A DNA stretch of 45,510 bases from an uncultured Desulfobacterales bacterium (GTDB lineage: Bacteria; Desulfobacterota; Desulfobacteria; Desulfobacterales; CAFBRK01), in the NCBI GenBank assembly GCA_965602445.1, contig CBFCZJ010000001.1, positions 1-45,510 on the forward strand, given 5' to 3'. Made by a program: the position numbers and the translations under genes. The notes below the pieces were generated by a model that saw only the letters and a list, made by a program, of their open reading frames with translations, had not been told where the DNA came from and searched no databases. Below are positions 1 to 8,626 of this stretch, one piece after another (positions within the stretch are counted from its first letter, which is position 1; every line of letters begins with the position of its first letter).

Positions 1-92
1 GCGTGGAAAATATCCGCCGGCATGTGGACGAGGTCTCGGTGATCATCACCCGGGATGAGCTGTTGGCGCAATGGAAGAAGGTGAATGGTTGA
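1..92 (+). CDS. 3' end of an unidentified CDS entering from upstream (...VENIRRHVDEVSVIITRDELLAQWKKVNG*)
   Basis: Frame 3 is open from the window edge to TGA at 90-92. Only 29 codons are visible, too few for a family assignment. Confidence 0.3.
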   Translation, partial: VENIRRHVDEVSVIITRDELLAQWKKVNG

Positions 93-204
93 TTGGGGGA
101 TTGGTGAATTGGTCAAATCGTTGAATGGTCAAGTAGGTAAAACCGATCTTTGATTCCGTTTTCTTTTCCCATTTAACCAATCAACGAATCGACCAATCAA
201 CCAT
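85..204. repeat. Word-repeat imperfect palindrome (element 1) between convergent genes
   Basis: 85-120 is complementary to 168-204 at 29 of 36 positions (hand alignment), with a loop of about 47 nt. The arms consist of 7-8 nt words of the type ATGGTTGA/TTGGTGAA/TTGGTCAA. Confidence 0.7.
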
Positions 205-571
205 CTGCAATATACGTGGCGCAGGCGTCTTCCGACTCCCAGGCAGAGACCCGGCGCACCCGAGTTCCGGCTTCCCGCAGCTTTTCTGCCAGAGCGTCGG
301 CCACGAAAACGGCGATATTCTCCGAAGATGGGTTTCCATCCCTGAACATGTCAAGATCGTTCAAGTACTTGTGGTCCAGCTGGGACATGATCCCGGCCAC
401 ATGGGCCTTGAGTTCTCCGAAATCGATCAGCACACCGGCCTCGTTGAGTCGATTCCCGGCGACGACGACCTCGACCTTCCAGTTGTGGCCGTGCATGTTT
501 TCACATTTCTCTGCGACCATCTTCAGTTGATGGGCCGCGGCGAAATGTGTCGTCACCTTCAGTTCGAACAT
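197..571 (-). CDS. queD: 6-carboxy-5,6,7,8-tetrahydropterin synthase (QueD / 6-pyruvoyl-tetrahydropterin synthase family)
   Basis: MFELKVTTHFAAAHQL...CENMHGHNWKVEV shows the His-rich PTPS/QueD motifs and a typical length of about 124 aa. AAGGGAA lies upstream of the ATG at 571. An alternative upstream ATG is at 595. Confidence 0.85.
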   Translation of the reverse strand: MFELKVTTHFAAAHQLKMVAEKCENMHGHNWKVEVVVAGNRLNEAGVLIDFGELKAHVAGIMSQLDHKYLNDLDMFRDGNPSSENIAVFVADALAEKLREAGTRVRRVSAWESEDACATYIADG

Positions 572-597
572 GGCGGTTTCCCTTCTTTTCCACATCG

Positions 598-1725
598 CTA
601 CGCCTGTGTCTGCTTAGCGGTCTGGCGGCCGTCTCCTTTGAACATGCCTTTGATTCTGGAGGAAATTTTTTTCGATTCGAGGCGGCCGAAATCCCGGAGC
701 AGGGCCTCCTGTTTCTTGGTAAGCCGGGTGGGGGTTTCGATGATCACCTGTACAATCTGATTTCCGCGCCTGCCGTTTCTCAGGGAGGGAATCCCTTCGC
801 CCTGGAACCGGAACACATCCCCGAACTGGGTCCCTTTCGGGATTTCCAGGGATTTTTCACCGTTGAGGGTAGGTACCGTGATCGTGTCCCCCAAAGCGGC
901 CTGAACAAAGCTGATCGGCACCCGGCAGATGATGTCTGTGTTTTCCCTGCGGAAAAATTCGTGCTCCGCCACGTCGATGAAGACGTAAAGATCGCCGGGG
1001 GGCCCGCTGTAGGGACCCGGCTCTCCTTCGCCGGGCAGGCGCAGCCGGCTTCCGCTGTCGACGCCGGCCGGAATTTTCACCGAAACCTTTTTTCTGACCT
1101 TGTGTTTTCCGGCGCCGCCGCAGTCTTTACAAGGAGACGAAATCTGCTGGCCCGTGCCCTGGCACCGGGGGCAGGCGGTGCGGACGGTAAAAAAGCCCTG
1201 GCTGCGGGAAACCTGTCCGGTCCCGCGGCATGCGCTGCAGGGTTCGGGCTGGGTGCCCGGGGCGCATCCACTGCCCTGACACCCTTGACAGGCCTCCAGT
1301 TTTGTCAGCTCGATTTCGGTTTCGGTGCCGAAGGCGGCCTCCATGAAGTCGAGGTGAAGATCGTAGCGAAGGTCTGCCCCCCGCTGCACGCGCGCGCCGG
1401 AGCGGCGGCTGCTCCTGAATCCGAAAAAATCCTCGAAAATGTCTCCGAAACTCGAAAAGATGTCTTCGAATCCGCCGAAGCCGGAAAACCCGGTTCCTTC
1501 CAGGCCCTGGTGGCCGAATTGATCGTAAATCTTGCGCTTTTCTCCATCCCGGAGGACCTCGTAGGCCTCTGCGGCCTCCTTGAATTTGTCCTCGGCGTCC
1601 TTGTTGCCCGGGTTTCTGTCCGGATGGTATTGAAGCGCCAATTTTCGGTAGGCGGACTTGATTTCACCGCTGGACGCATGTCTTTCAACGCCCAGCACCT
1701 CGTAATAATCACGTTTCGATGTCAT
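598..1725 (-). CDS. dnaJ: Molecular chaperone DnaJ
   Basis: N-terminal J domain (DYYEVLGV...[13 protein letters not shown]), G/F-rich linker, and four CxxCxGxG zinc-finger repeats ([32 protein letters not shown]). Confidence 0.95.
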   Translation of the reverse strand: MTSKRDYYEVLGVERHASSGEIKSAYRKLALQYHPDRNPGNKDAEDKFKEAAEAYEVLRDGEKRKIYDQFGHQGLEGTGFSGFGGFEDIFSSFGDIFEDFFGFRSSRRSGARVQRGADLRYDLHLDFMEAAFGTETEIELTKLEACQGCQGSGCAPGTQPEPCSACRGTGQVSRSQGFFTVRTACPRCQGTGQQISSPCKDCGGAGKHKVRKKVSVKIPAGVDSGSRLRLPGEGEPGPYSGPPGDLYVFIDVAEHEFFRRENTDIICRVPISFVQAALGDTITVPTLNGEKSLEIPKGTQFGDVFRFQGEGIPSLRNGRRGNQIVQVIIETPTRLTKKQEALLRDFGRLESKKISSRIKGMFKGDGRQTAKQTQA

Positions 1726-1919
1726 GAATGCCCCTGGTTTCGGATCTGTTGTCTTGCATGGCGGCTTATGCTAACAGAGGAATAATGCTTCAATTTAATA
1801 CAAAATGCCGTGCTGTCAACGAAATGCCCGGAAGCATCCCTACATAAGATCGGCTCCGGAATCAATGCCGAATGCGGGAACGCGGCCGGCCCAAGCGGAT
1901 GGGCGGGAGGCTCGGATCG

Positions 1920-2354
1920 ATGAGTGAAATCAATCTGGATGAGGGAACCATTTTCGTGGAAAACCAATGGTTGACCGCCGGGGAAGTCAAACAGCAGATC
2001 GAGGAAAAAATGGCGTCGGGCGACATGAAGTTCGCCGGTTTGGCCAAAGCCCTGGAAGAGCTCAACATGGCCATGGAAGGCGCCCGGACCCTGGAAGTCC
2101 AGACGGTGCTCACCAAGGCGCAGTATGAAAAGCTCAGGTCCCTGGTCGATGGCGACGACCGAGCCTGCGTCAAGGCGGCAATTACCGCATTTATCGGCAA
2201 GGGATCGGGCACGCCCGGGACCGGACGGCAGAAAAAGGCGTTTATCCGCTGCGCGAAGTGTCGGGCCCGCATCGAACTGCCCCAGGGAGAGCGGCCCACC
2301 GAGATCCGATGCCCGGTCTGCAACGCCGTTGGACGGCTGAAAAGCCGTACCTGA
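1920..2354 (+). CDS. Hypothetical protein with C-terminal zinc-ribbon (CAKC...CPVC)
   Basis: ORF 1872-2354. GGGAGG lies about 10 nt upstream of the ATG at 1920 (MSEINLDEG...). The C-terminus has a CxxC-x17-CxxC motif. No family recognised. It lies 59 nt upstream of the cNMP/PilZ gene on the same strand. Confidence 0.55.
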   Translation: MSEINLDEGTIFVENQWLTAGEVKQQIEEKMASGDMKFAGLAKALEELNMAMEGARTLEVQTVLTKAQYEKLRSLVDGDDRACVKAAITAFIGKGSGTPGTGRQKKAFIRCAKCRARIELPQGERPTEIRCPVCNAVGRLKSRT

Positions 2355-2412
2355 ACCTATAGAACGCTTGGCAAAATAACATTCCGATTCTTTCTGCAAG
2401 GAGGGGACAGCG

Positions 2413-3105
2413 ATGTTTCAGATATCCAGCCAGGAGTTTTATGAAGACGGGCAGGTTATCTACGAGGAAAACAGCCACGGAGACTGGGTGTATGTCATCG
2501 AGTTCGGGCAGGTGGAGCTGTCCAGGACTATCGACGGCCAGCGGATCGTGCTCGACACGCTTCAGCCCGGGGATGTGTTCGGTGAGGTCGCCTATCTGAC
2601 CCAGGAGCGCCGGGCGACCACCGCCAAAGCCGTGGGCAAGACCGAACTCGGAATCATCGACCGGACATTTCTCGACGAGGAATTCAACAAGCTCACCGGA
2701 AGATTCCGGACCCCGCTCAGGGGCATGGCCGCAAAGTTTCAGAAGACGACCGAAATGCTCGCCCAGGAAAAGGTCCGCCGAAGAGAACCCAGGGCGCCGC
2801 TGTCGTTTTCTCTGGCGTTTCGGGATCACAAGAGCCTGGTCAAGGCCACCAGTCTCGACATCAGCGGACTGGGGGTGTTCATCAAAACCGCCAAACCGCT
2901 GGATGAAGGGACCCGCTTCAACTTGAAGCTCCAGCTGCCCGGCGAAACCGAGCCCCTTCGGATCGGATGCGAGGTCGCATGGCGCAGGCTCCATACCGAC
3001 GATCCGGAACAGTCACCGGCCGGCATGGGGGTCAAGTTCATCCAGCTCAACAGTGGCGATCGTCAAAAGCTGGAGGAGGCCGTTGCCGCCGGCAAGAAAA
3101 AATAG
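2413..3105 (+). CDS. Cyclic-nucleotide-binding domain / PilZ domain fusion protein
   Basis: The N-terminal half has a phosphate-binding-cassette-like FGEVAYLTQERRATTAKA. The C-terminal half has both PilZ signature motifs: RxxxR (RREPR) and DxSxxG (DISGLG). Confidence 0.85.
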   Translation: MFQISSQEFYEDGQVIYEENSHGDWVYVIEFGQVELSRTIDGQRIVLDTLQPGDVFGEVAYLTQERRATTAKAVGKTELGIIDRTFLDEEFNKLTGRFRTPLRGMAAKFQKTTEMLAQEKVRRREPRAPLSFSLAFRDHKSLVKATSLDISGLGVFIKTAKPLDEGTRFNLKLQLPGETEPLRIGCEVAWRRLHTDDPEQSPAGMGVKFIQLNSGDRQKLEEAVAAGKKK

Positions 3106-3257
3106 CTGCTAAGACGAAAAAGCCGCTGAGCTGCTGAGCTATTGAGCTGATAAGCTGGAAAAACAGGAAAGAGAAAGGCAAAGGTATTTATTTTTTGCTT
3201 AGCGGCTTATCAGCTTAACAGCTGAGCAGCTTGGCTGAGGCGCGAAGCGGCTCAGCC
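3104..3257. repeat. Word-repeat imperfect palindrome (element 2) between convergent genes
   Basis: GCTGATAAGC at 3146-3155 is perfectly complementary to 3205-3214. Extending outward gives 20 of 23 matches. The arms are built from about 8-nt words (GCTGAGCT, GCTGAGCT, ATTGAGCT, GATAAGCT). The loop is A-rich, then T-rich. Confidence 0.7.
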
Positions 3258-4892
3258 AAGGAACGGCCGCCGCAGCACAGTGTCTTTTTGCCACCGTTGA
3301 TCGTCGCGCTCCGGGTACTGGATGTTGAAATGAAGGCCCCGGCTTTCTTTCCGGTGCATGGCGCAGGTGATGACCAGCTCGGCCACCACCGCGATGTTCC
3401 GCAGTTCGACGAGGTCCGCTGAAATCCGAAAATCCCAGTAGTATTGGCGGATTTCGTTTTTGATGATTTCGATGCGGCGGTGAGCGCGATCCAGGCGCTT
3501 GTCGGATCGGACGATCCCCACGTAGTTCCACATGAGCCGACGAATTTCGTCCCAGTTGTGTGCGACCATGATCGCCTCGTCGCTGTCGGTGGTCCCCACC
3601 TCGTCCCAGGTCGGCACCCGGGGGCGGCCCTGGCCGCTCATCTCGTCCAGCTCCTGGAGGGAATTTCGCGATGCCTTTTCCGCATAGACCAGGGCTTCCA
3701 GAAGAGAGTTGCTTGCCAGCCGGTTGGCCCCGTGAAGGCCGGTGCAGGCGGTTTCTCCGACGGCATACAGATGCCGGATGTCGGTCCGGCCGACCATGTC
3801 CGTGACCACCCCCCCGCACATATAATGGGCGGCCGGAACCACGGGGATCGGCTCTGCGGTTATGTCGATTCCCAGCGTGAGGCACTTTGCATAAATTCCG
3901 GGAAATCGGTTTCGGATAAAATCCGGGTCCCGGCCGGAGATGTCGAGAAACACCGAGTCTTCACCGCTTCGCTTCAATTCGGTGTCGATGGCCCTGGCGA
4001 CCACGTCCCGGCATGCCAGATCCTTGAGCGGGTCGTACTTTTCCATGAAGGCCTGGCCCGAGGCGTTGACAAGCACCCCCCCCTCACCGCGGACCGCCTC
4101 GGAAATGAGAAAGTTCTTGGCTTCGGGGTGATACAGGCAGGTCGGGTGGAACTGGACGAATTCGAGATTGGCGACGGTGGCGCCGGCCCGGTATCCCATG
4201 GCGATGCCGTCTCCGGTGGCGATATCCGGATTGCTGGTGAACAGGTAGACCTTGCCCGCGCCGCCGGTGGCCAGCAGGGTGATTCGGGCGGCAAAGGTCT
4301 TTACCGTCTTCATTTTCCGGTCGTACACATAGGCGCCGCAGCATTGCTCCTCGTGGGTGGTGATGACCTGGCCTCGTTTCATCCGGTTTGATTCGATGAG
4401 CAGGTCGACGGCGATGTGATCCTCGAACAGGGAGATGCGGTCGTTTTTCTTGATCATCTCCACCAGCACCCGTTCGACCTCGGCGCCGGTCATGTCCTTG
4501 GCGTGCAAAATCCGGTTGCGCGAGTGGCCGCCTTCCCTGCCCAGGTCGAACGCCGGCGGCCCTTGCTTTTCTATGCGATCGGCTTCGATATTGAAGCGGA
4601 CCCCGAGGTCGACCAGTTCCCGGATTCGGTCCGGCCCCTCTTGCACCACCATCTCCACCACGTCACGGTGGCACAACCCGTCGCCGGCTTTCAGGGTGTC
4701 TTCAATGTGCAGATCGAAGGAATCCAGTCCGCCGAAGACGGCGGCGATTCCGCCCTGGGCCAGGTTGGTGTTGCTCTCCATGGCTTCTTTTTTCGTGACC
4801 AGGGCCACGGTCCCTCGCTGGGCCACCTTCAGGGCGAAGGACAGGCCGGCGATACCACTGCCGATGATCAGAAAATCCGACTCAAAGTCCAT
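3252..4892 (-). CDS. nadB: L-aspartate oxidase
   Basis: N-terminal FAD fold DFLIIGSGIAGLSFAL. Succinate dehydrogenase/fumarate reductase flavoprotein-like core with QGGIAAV and HYMCGGV motifs. 546 aa. Confidence 0.95.
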   Translation of the reverse strand: MDFESDFLIIGSGIAGLSFALKVAQRGTVALVTKKEAMESNTNLAQGGIAAVFGGLDSFDLHIEDTLKAGDGLCHRDVVEMVVQEGPDRIRELVDLGVRFNIEADRIEKQGPPAFDLGREGGHSRNRILHAKDMTGAEVERVLVEMIKKNDRISLFEDHIAVDLLIESNRMKRGQVITTHEEQCCGAYVYDRKMKTVKTFAARITLLATGGAGKVYLFTSNPDIATGDGIAMGYRAGATVANLEFVQFHPTCLYHPEAKNFLISEAVRGEGGVLVNASGQAFMEKYDPLKDLACRDVVARAIDTELKRSGEDSVFLDISGRDPDFIRNRFPGIYAKCLTLGIDITAEPIPVVPAAHYMCGGVVTDMVGRTDIRHLYAVGETACTGLHGANRLASNSLLEALVYAEKASRNSLQELDEMSGQGRPRVPTWDEVGTTDSDEAIMVAHNWDEIRRLMWNYVGIVRSDKRLDRAHRRIEIIKNEIRQYYWDFRISADLVELRNIAVVAELVITCAMHRKESRGLHFNIQYPERDDQRWQKDTVLRRPFLG

Positions 4893-4941
4893 GGTATTCC
4901 AGACGTTGGTGGAGGCCGGGTCGAAATCGACCCTGGCGGGG

Positions 4942-5598
4942 TTATAGAAGAGAGGATCGTCGGCGCTGTTTCTTGGCGCTGAATCCGATCAAAAAACCGA
5001 GCACCAGCACGCCGGCGCCGCCTAAAAACCATCGGATGTTTTTATTGAGCTGGAGCTGGGAAACTTGCTCTTCCAGATTCTTTGCCCGCTCGGTTTTCTC
5101 CTGAAGCTGGCTGGCAGCCTGTTCGTATTGCTTCTTCAGGGAGAAGAAATCGGACGATTCGGATTTGAGGGCGGCATATTCTTTCCCGACGGCCTCCAGT
5201 TTATTGCTGATCGTCTCAAGCTGGCTTCCCAGCGCCCGGTTTTCGGAAACCAGGCGGCTGTTTTCTTCTTCCAGGCGCGCCGCCTTGGTCCTGAGCGCTT
5301 CATAGGCATCTTGAACCCTTTCCAGGGACAACCGCGCCGGTGGGCCGATGGAGACGAACCGGGAAAGAACATAGCCTTCTTTGCCGTCGGGAAGAACAAC
5401 TCGGCTCCACTCGTCACCGGCTTCGGTCACAGTTACCGGTTGGCCGGAGCGAAGCATGGACACGATTTTGTGGTCGATCCCCGGCCCGGTCCTGAGGGTC
5501 ACTTCAAAAACGTCGGTGATAAACGCAGATTCGGCGTTACATACGGATGCCGCGGCCCAAAGGGCGAACACGGCGATAGTGCATCGAATCCATTTCAT
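4942..5598 (-). CDS. SH3-domain, coiled-coil, C-terminally membrane-anchored protein (YgiM/TIGR04211-like)
   Basis: Signal peptide MKWIRCTIAVFALWAAASVCNA, a bacterial SH3-like segment (LRTGPGIDHKIVSMLRSGQPVTV...WSRV), a long heptad-rich region and a C-terminal TM helix followed by KKQRRR. AAGGAG precedes the ATG at 5598. Confidence 0.8.
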   Translation of the reverse strand: MKWIRCTIAVFALWAAASVCNAESAFITDVFEVTLRTGPGIDHKIVSMLRSGQPVTVTEAGDEWSRVVLPDGKEGYVLSRFVSIGPPARLSLERVQDAYEALRTKAARLEEENSRLVSENRALGSQLETISNKLEAVGKEYAALKSESSDFFSLKKQYEQAASQLQEKTERAKNLEEQVSQLQLNKNIRWFLGGAGVLVLGFLIGFSAKKQRRRSSLL

Positions 5599-5840
5599 GG
5601 TCGGAAGAGGCTCCTTGGCTCCCGTTGCAACAGGAAGATTTCGGTCTTGGCGAGGGTCGGTGCAGCTTCTGAGAAAACCGGCTCCCCAGAAGGAATGCAT
5701 CCCCGGCAAAGACCCGTTTGGATTGAAAATTGCCGCCGTCTGTGATATTTTGAGTCAATCTTTCTTGGGTTGTCAATTAATTTCTTATTTCTCCTCCCTG
5801 CGTTCAAGTGGGGAAAATGGATGGTGCAAAGAAAACAGCG

Positions 5841-6266
5841 ATGATTGCCTTCGATCTGCAGTGCAGCCGCGGCCATGTTTTTGAAGGGTGGTTCGACGAC
5901 TTGAAATCCTTTGAGAGTCAACGCAAACAGGGACTCGTTTCCTGTCCGGTATGCAACGACGCCTCTGTATCTCGGATCCCCTCGACCTTTGCGATCCGCA
6001 GCACGGAAGAACTGCCCGCGGGCAAAACCGGCGCCGAATATCTGGAAAAGGAAAGACTCCAGGGCCAGATCGTCGATTTCGTCCGGAAGAACTTCGACGA
6101 CGTGGGCACCGAATTTGCCAAGGAAGCCTTGAAGATCCATTACGGGGTCCAGGAACCACGCAATATTCGCGGCACCAGCACCCAGCAGGAAGAAGAGACG
6201 CTTCGAAAAGAAGGAATCGAGTTTTTCAAGATTCCGATGCCCGCACCACCGGAGACGGACGCCTAA
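5841..6266 (+). CDS. DUF1178 family zinc-ribbon protein
   Basis: MIAFDLQCSRGHVFEGWF...VSCPVCN matches the characteristic DUF1178 N-terminus. The start is uncertain; in-frame alternatives are at 5808 and 5817. Confidence 0.75.
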   Translation: MIAFDLQCSRGHVFEGWFDDLKSFESQRKQGLVSCPVCNDASVSRIPSTFAIRSTEELPAGKTGAEYLEKERLQGQIVDFVRKNFDDVGTEFAKEALKIHYGVQEPRNIRGTSTQQEEETLRKEGIEFFKIPMPAPPETDA

Positions 6267-6287
6267 TAAAATCGCTGCCGCGTTCTG

Positions 6288-6447
6288 ATGATTGGTCAAT
6301 TGGTAAACTGGTTGAGTGGTCAAATGGTCACTTGGTCGATCCGGAAAAATCCCTTCCCAAACTCTTTTTTCGCCCCGGCAGCCGGCAGCTCGTAAAGCCT
6401 GTTGTTCCATTTGACCATTTGACCACTCAACCATTTGACCAATCGAC
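6288..6447. repeat. Word-repeat imperfect palindrome (element 3), same word family as element 1
   Basis: GGTTGAGTGGTCAAATGGTCA at 6310-6330 is perfectly complementary to 6412-6432 (21 bp) across an 81-nt spacer. The flanking words GATTGGTCAA(T/A)T extend the pairing with a bulge. Confidence 0.8.
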
Positions 6448-8619
6448 TTCTGTTATCGCCGCCAGCCGTCCGACCAGGCCGGTCATTCGCTGGACTGAAC
6501 GGTCGTTGGCCACGGCCAGATCCAACGCGCGGCGGCTTCCCACCAGGACCACCAGCGTTCTTGCCCGGGTGACGGCCGTGTATATGAGGTTGCGCTGAAG
6601 CATCGGTCGATGCTGGCGGGTCAGGGGAACCACCACAGCCGGATACTCCGACCCCTGGGATTTGTGGACCGTCACGGCATAGGCCAGCCCGATCCTGTCC
6701 ACCTCCGAAAAGCGGTAGTCGACCCCCCGCCCGTCGTAGACCACCTGAAAGTTTCCCACCGCCGGATCAATGAAGGAGACCACGCCGATCTCGCCGTTGA
6801 AGACCTCCTTTTCGTAGTCGTTTTTCAGGTGCATCACCTTGTCGCCGGTCTTCAACATCAGCCCGCCGAGCACGAGACCCTCCGAATCCGGATTCAGGAT
6901 TTTCTGCAGGCGCTGATTCAAATGAATGGTTCCCAGCAGCCCCTTGTGCATGGGGCAGACGACTTGAATTTCCCGGACCGGATCGAAGCCGAATCGTTCC
7001 GGAATGATGTGTCGGCACAATTCGGCCACCATCGCCTCGGCCGCCTCCTGCCCGTCGGTTTCCAGAAAGCAAAACGGCGCCTCCGGCGACGGCCCGGGGT
7101 CCGGAAAAAATTCCGGAGAGGCCCCGCGGCGGATCCGGTGCGCGTTGAGCACGATGGGGCTCTCCTTTTCCTGGCGGAAGACTTCTGTCAGATGGAAGAC
7201 TGGAACCTTGCCCGATTCGATCATGTCCGCCAGCACGTTGCCGGGTCCCACGGCCGGGAGCTGAAAGATGTCGCCCACGAACACCACCCGGCCGCTTGCC
7301 GGCAGGGCATCCAGCAGATGGTCCATCAGAAGCGTGTCGATCATGGAGGCTTCATCGACGATCACGGCATCGGCCTGCAGGGGGCGGTCCCGGTTTCGTC
7401 CGAAAACCTCCTCCCCCGGTCGATATTCGAGCAGCTTATGAAGGGTCGAGGCGGGCCGGCGAACCACGTCGGCCATTCGGCGGGCGGCGCGCCCGGTGGG
7501 GGCGGCAAGCAGGGTCTGCTTGCCGAAAGATTCGAGAACCGCGGCCAGGGATCGGATCAGGGTCGTCTTGCCGGTTCCCGGCCCGCCGGCGATGATTCCG
7601 ACCCGCTTTTCCAGGATCGAGGAGATGATCCGGCGCTGCTCCTCCGACGGGCAGATGGCATGCCGCCGGACGACGGCCTCTGCGATCGGGTCTGCGGCCA
7701 CGGTTTGCAGATCCGAAGGCGTGGACAGCAGGGCCCAAAGCCGCCGGGCGATGCCGATTTCGGCGTCGAAGTAGGACCGCAGATAGACCGTCGAGCCGGG
7801 GCGGCCATCTGTATTCTGGACCTTCACCACCTCCCCGTCGTCGCAGAGCTTCTCCAGACCCTGGCGGGCCTCTTCTTCGGAGATGGAGAAGCGGTCCCGG
7901 CATTGGGACAGCACCGCATCGGTAGCATCGCACACGTGGCCCTGGTCCGCCCTTAGGTTCAGCAAGTGACGGATGCAGGCGCCGGCCCGTTCGACAGGAT
8001 CGACGAAAAGATCGAATCGACGGATCACGGCGTCTGCCAGGACAAAACCGATACGGGGAAGATCTTCCACCAGCCGCAGAGGGTCTCCGGTCATGATTTC
8101 GATCGATTCCGTGCTGTATCGGCGGAAAATCCGGGCTCCGTATGCGCCGGACACCCCGATTTCGGCCAAAAAATCCATCAGCCGGCGCAGGCCGCGTCTG
8201 TCAAGCCAGTTTTGGTGGATCGCCGCTGCGCGGGCGGCGCCGATGCCCTCGATTTGCCGGAGCCGCTCCGGAGCGGTTTCGATCGTTTCCAACGTCCGAC
8301 TGCCGAACGCGGCGGTAAGACGGTCCGCCATGCGGGGGCCGACGCCGGGAATCGCGCCGGAAGCCAGGTATCGGCGCATTTCACTTTCTGTGATCGGCGC
8401 TGCCTCCCGAATCCCTTCTGCGGCAAACTGCTGGCCATAGCGGGGATGGGATCGCCACCTGCCTTCGATGCGCAGGGCTTCTCCCGGAGCCGGGCCGGGC
8501 AGGTGGCCGGTGACCGAGATTCGGGATCCGGTCTCCCGGACCCGGAAAACAACCACCGTGTAGTGAGACTCGGGCTCGTGGTAGAGAATCTTTTCGATCG
8601 TTCCTTCGACAGTGATCAT
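6427..8619 (-). CDS. recD2: RecD2-like SF1B ATP-dependent DNA helicase
   Basis: N-terminal OB-like MITVEGTIEKILYHEPESHYTV, HhH region, Walker A GGPGTGKTT, Walker B VIVDEASM, and C-terminal SH3/2B plus YAVTVHKSQGSE...TAVTRAR motifs. The ATG at 8619 is chosen over the longer ORF start at 8784, which would overlap gmhB. Confidence 0.9.
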   Translation of the reverse strand: MITVEGTIEKILYHEPESHYTVVVFRVRETGSRISVTGHLPGPAPGEALRIEGRWRSHPRYGQQFAAEGIREAAPITESEMRRYLASGAIPGVGPRMADRLTAAFGSRTLETIETAPERLRQIEGIGAARAAAIHQNWLDRRGLRRLMDFLAEIGVSGAYGARIFRRYSTESIEIMTGDPLRLVEDLPRIGFVLADAVIRRFDLFVDPVERAGACIRHLLNLRADQGHVCDATDAVLSQCRDRFSISEEEARQGLEKLCDDGEVVKVQNTDGRPGSTVYLRSYFDAEIGIARRLWALLSTPSDLQTVAADPIAEAVVRRHAICPSEEQRRIISSILEKRVGIIAGGPGTGKTTLIRSLAAVLESFGKQTLLAAPTGRAARRMADVVRRPASTLHKLLEYRPGEEVFGRNRDRPLQADAVIVDEASMIDTLLMDHLLDALPASGRVVFVGDIFQLPAVGPGNVLADMIESGKVPVFHLTEVFRQEKESPIVLNAHRIRRGASPEFFPDPGPSPEAPFCFLETDGQEAAEAMVAELCRHIIPERFGFDPVREIQVVCPMHKGLLGTIHLNQRLQKILNPDSEGLVLGGLMLKTGDKVMHLKNDYEKEVFNGEIGVVSFIDPAVGNFQVVYDGRGVDYRFSEVDRIGLAYAVTVHKSQGSEYPAVVVPLTRQHRPMLQRNLIYTAVTRARTLVVLVGSRRALDLAVANDRSVQRMTGLVGRLAAITEVDWSNG

Positions 8620-8626
8620 CGATTTG

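Noticed and set aside
547-1785. 412-aa ORF on the plus strand
   Set aside because: It is fully antisense to dnaJ, whose J domain and zinc-finger motifs are unambiguous.
1726-1919. Search for CIRCE (TTAGCACTC-N9-GAGTGCTAA), HAIR or a clear sigma-32 promoter upstream of dnaJ. The same search covered 13074-13412 upstream of hsp20.
   Set aside because: No acceptable match to any of these heat-shock operators or promoters was found by eye. Only weak TTGAA or TTTACA-like hexamers occur, so no regulatory feature is reported.
5719-5734. TGGATTGAAAATTGCC, a possible sigma-54 promoter upstream of the DUF1178 gene
   Set aside because: The GG/GC spacing is correct, but the -24 box matches the consensus only at TGG. 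The chance of a random match is too high to call.
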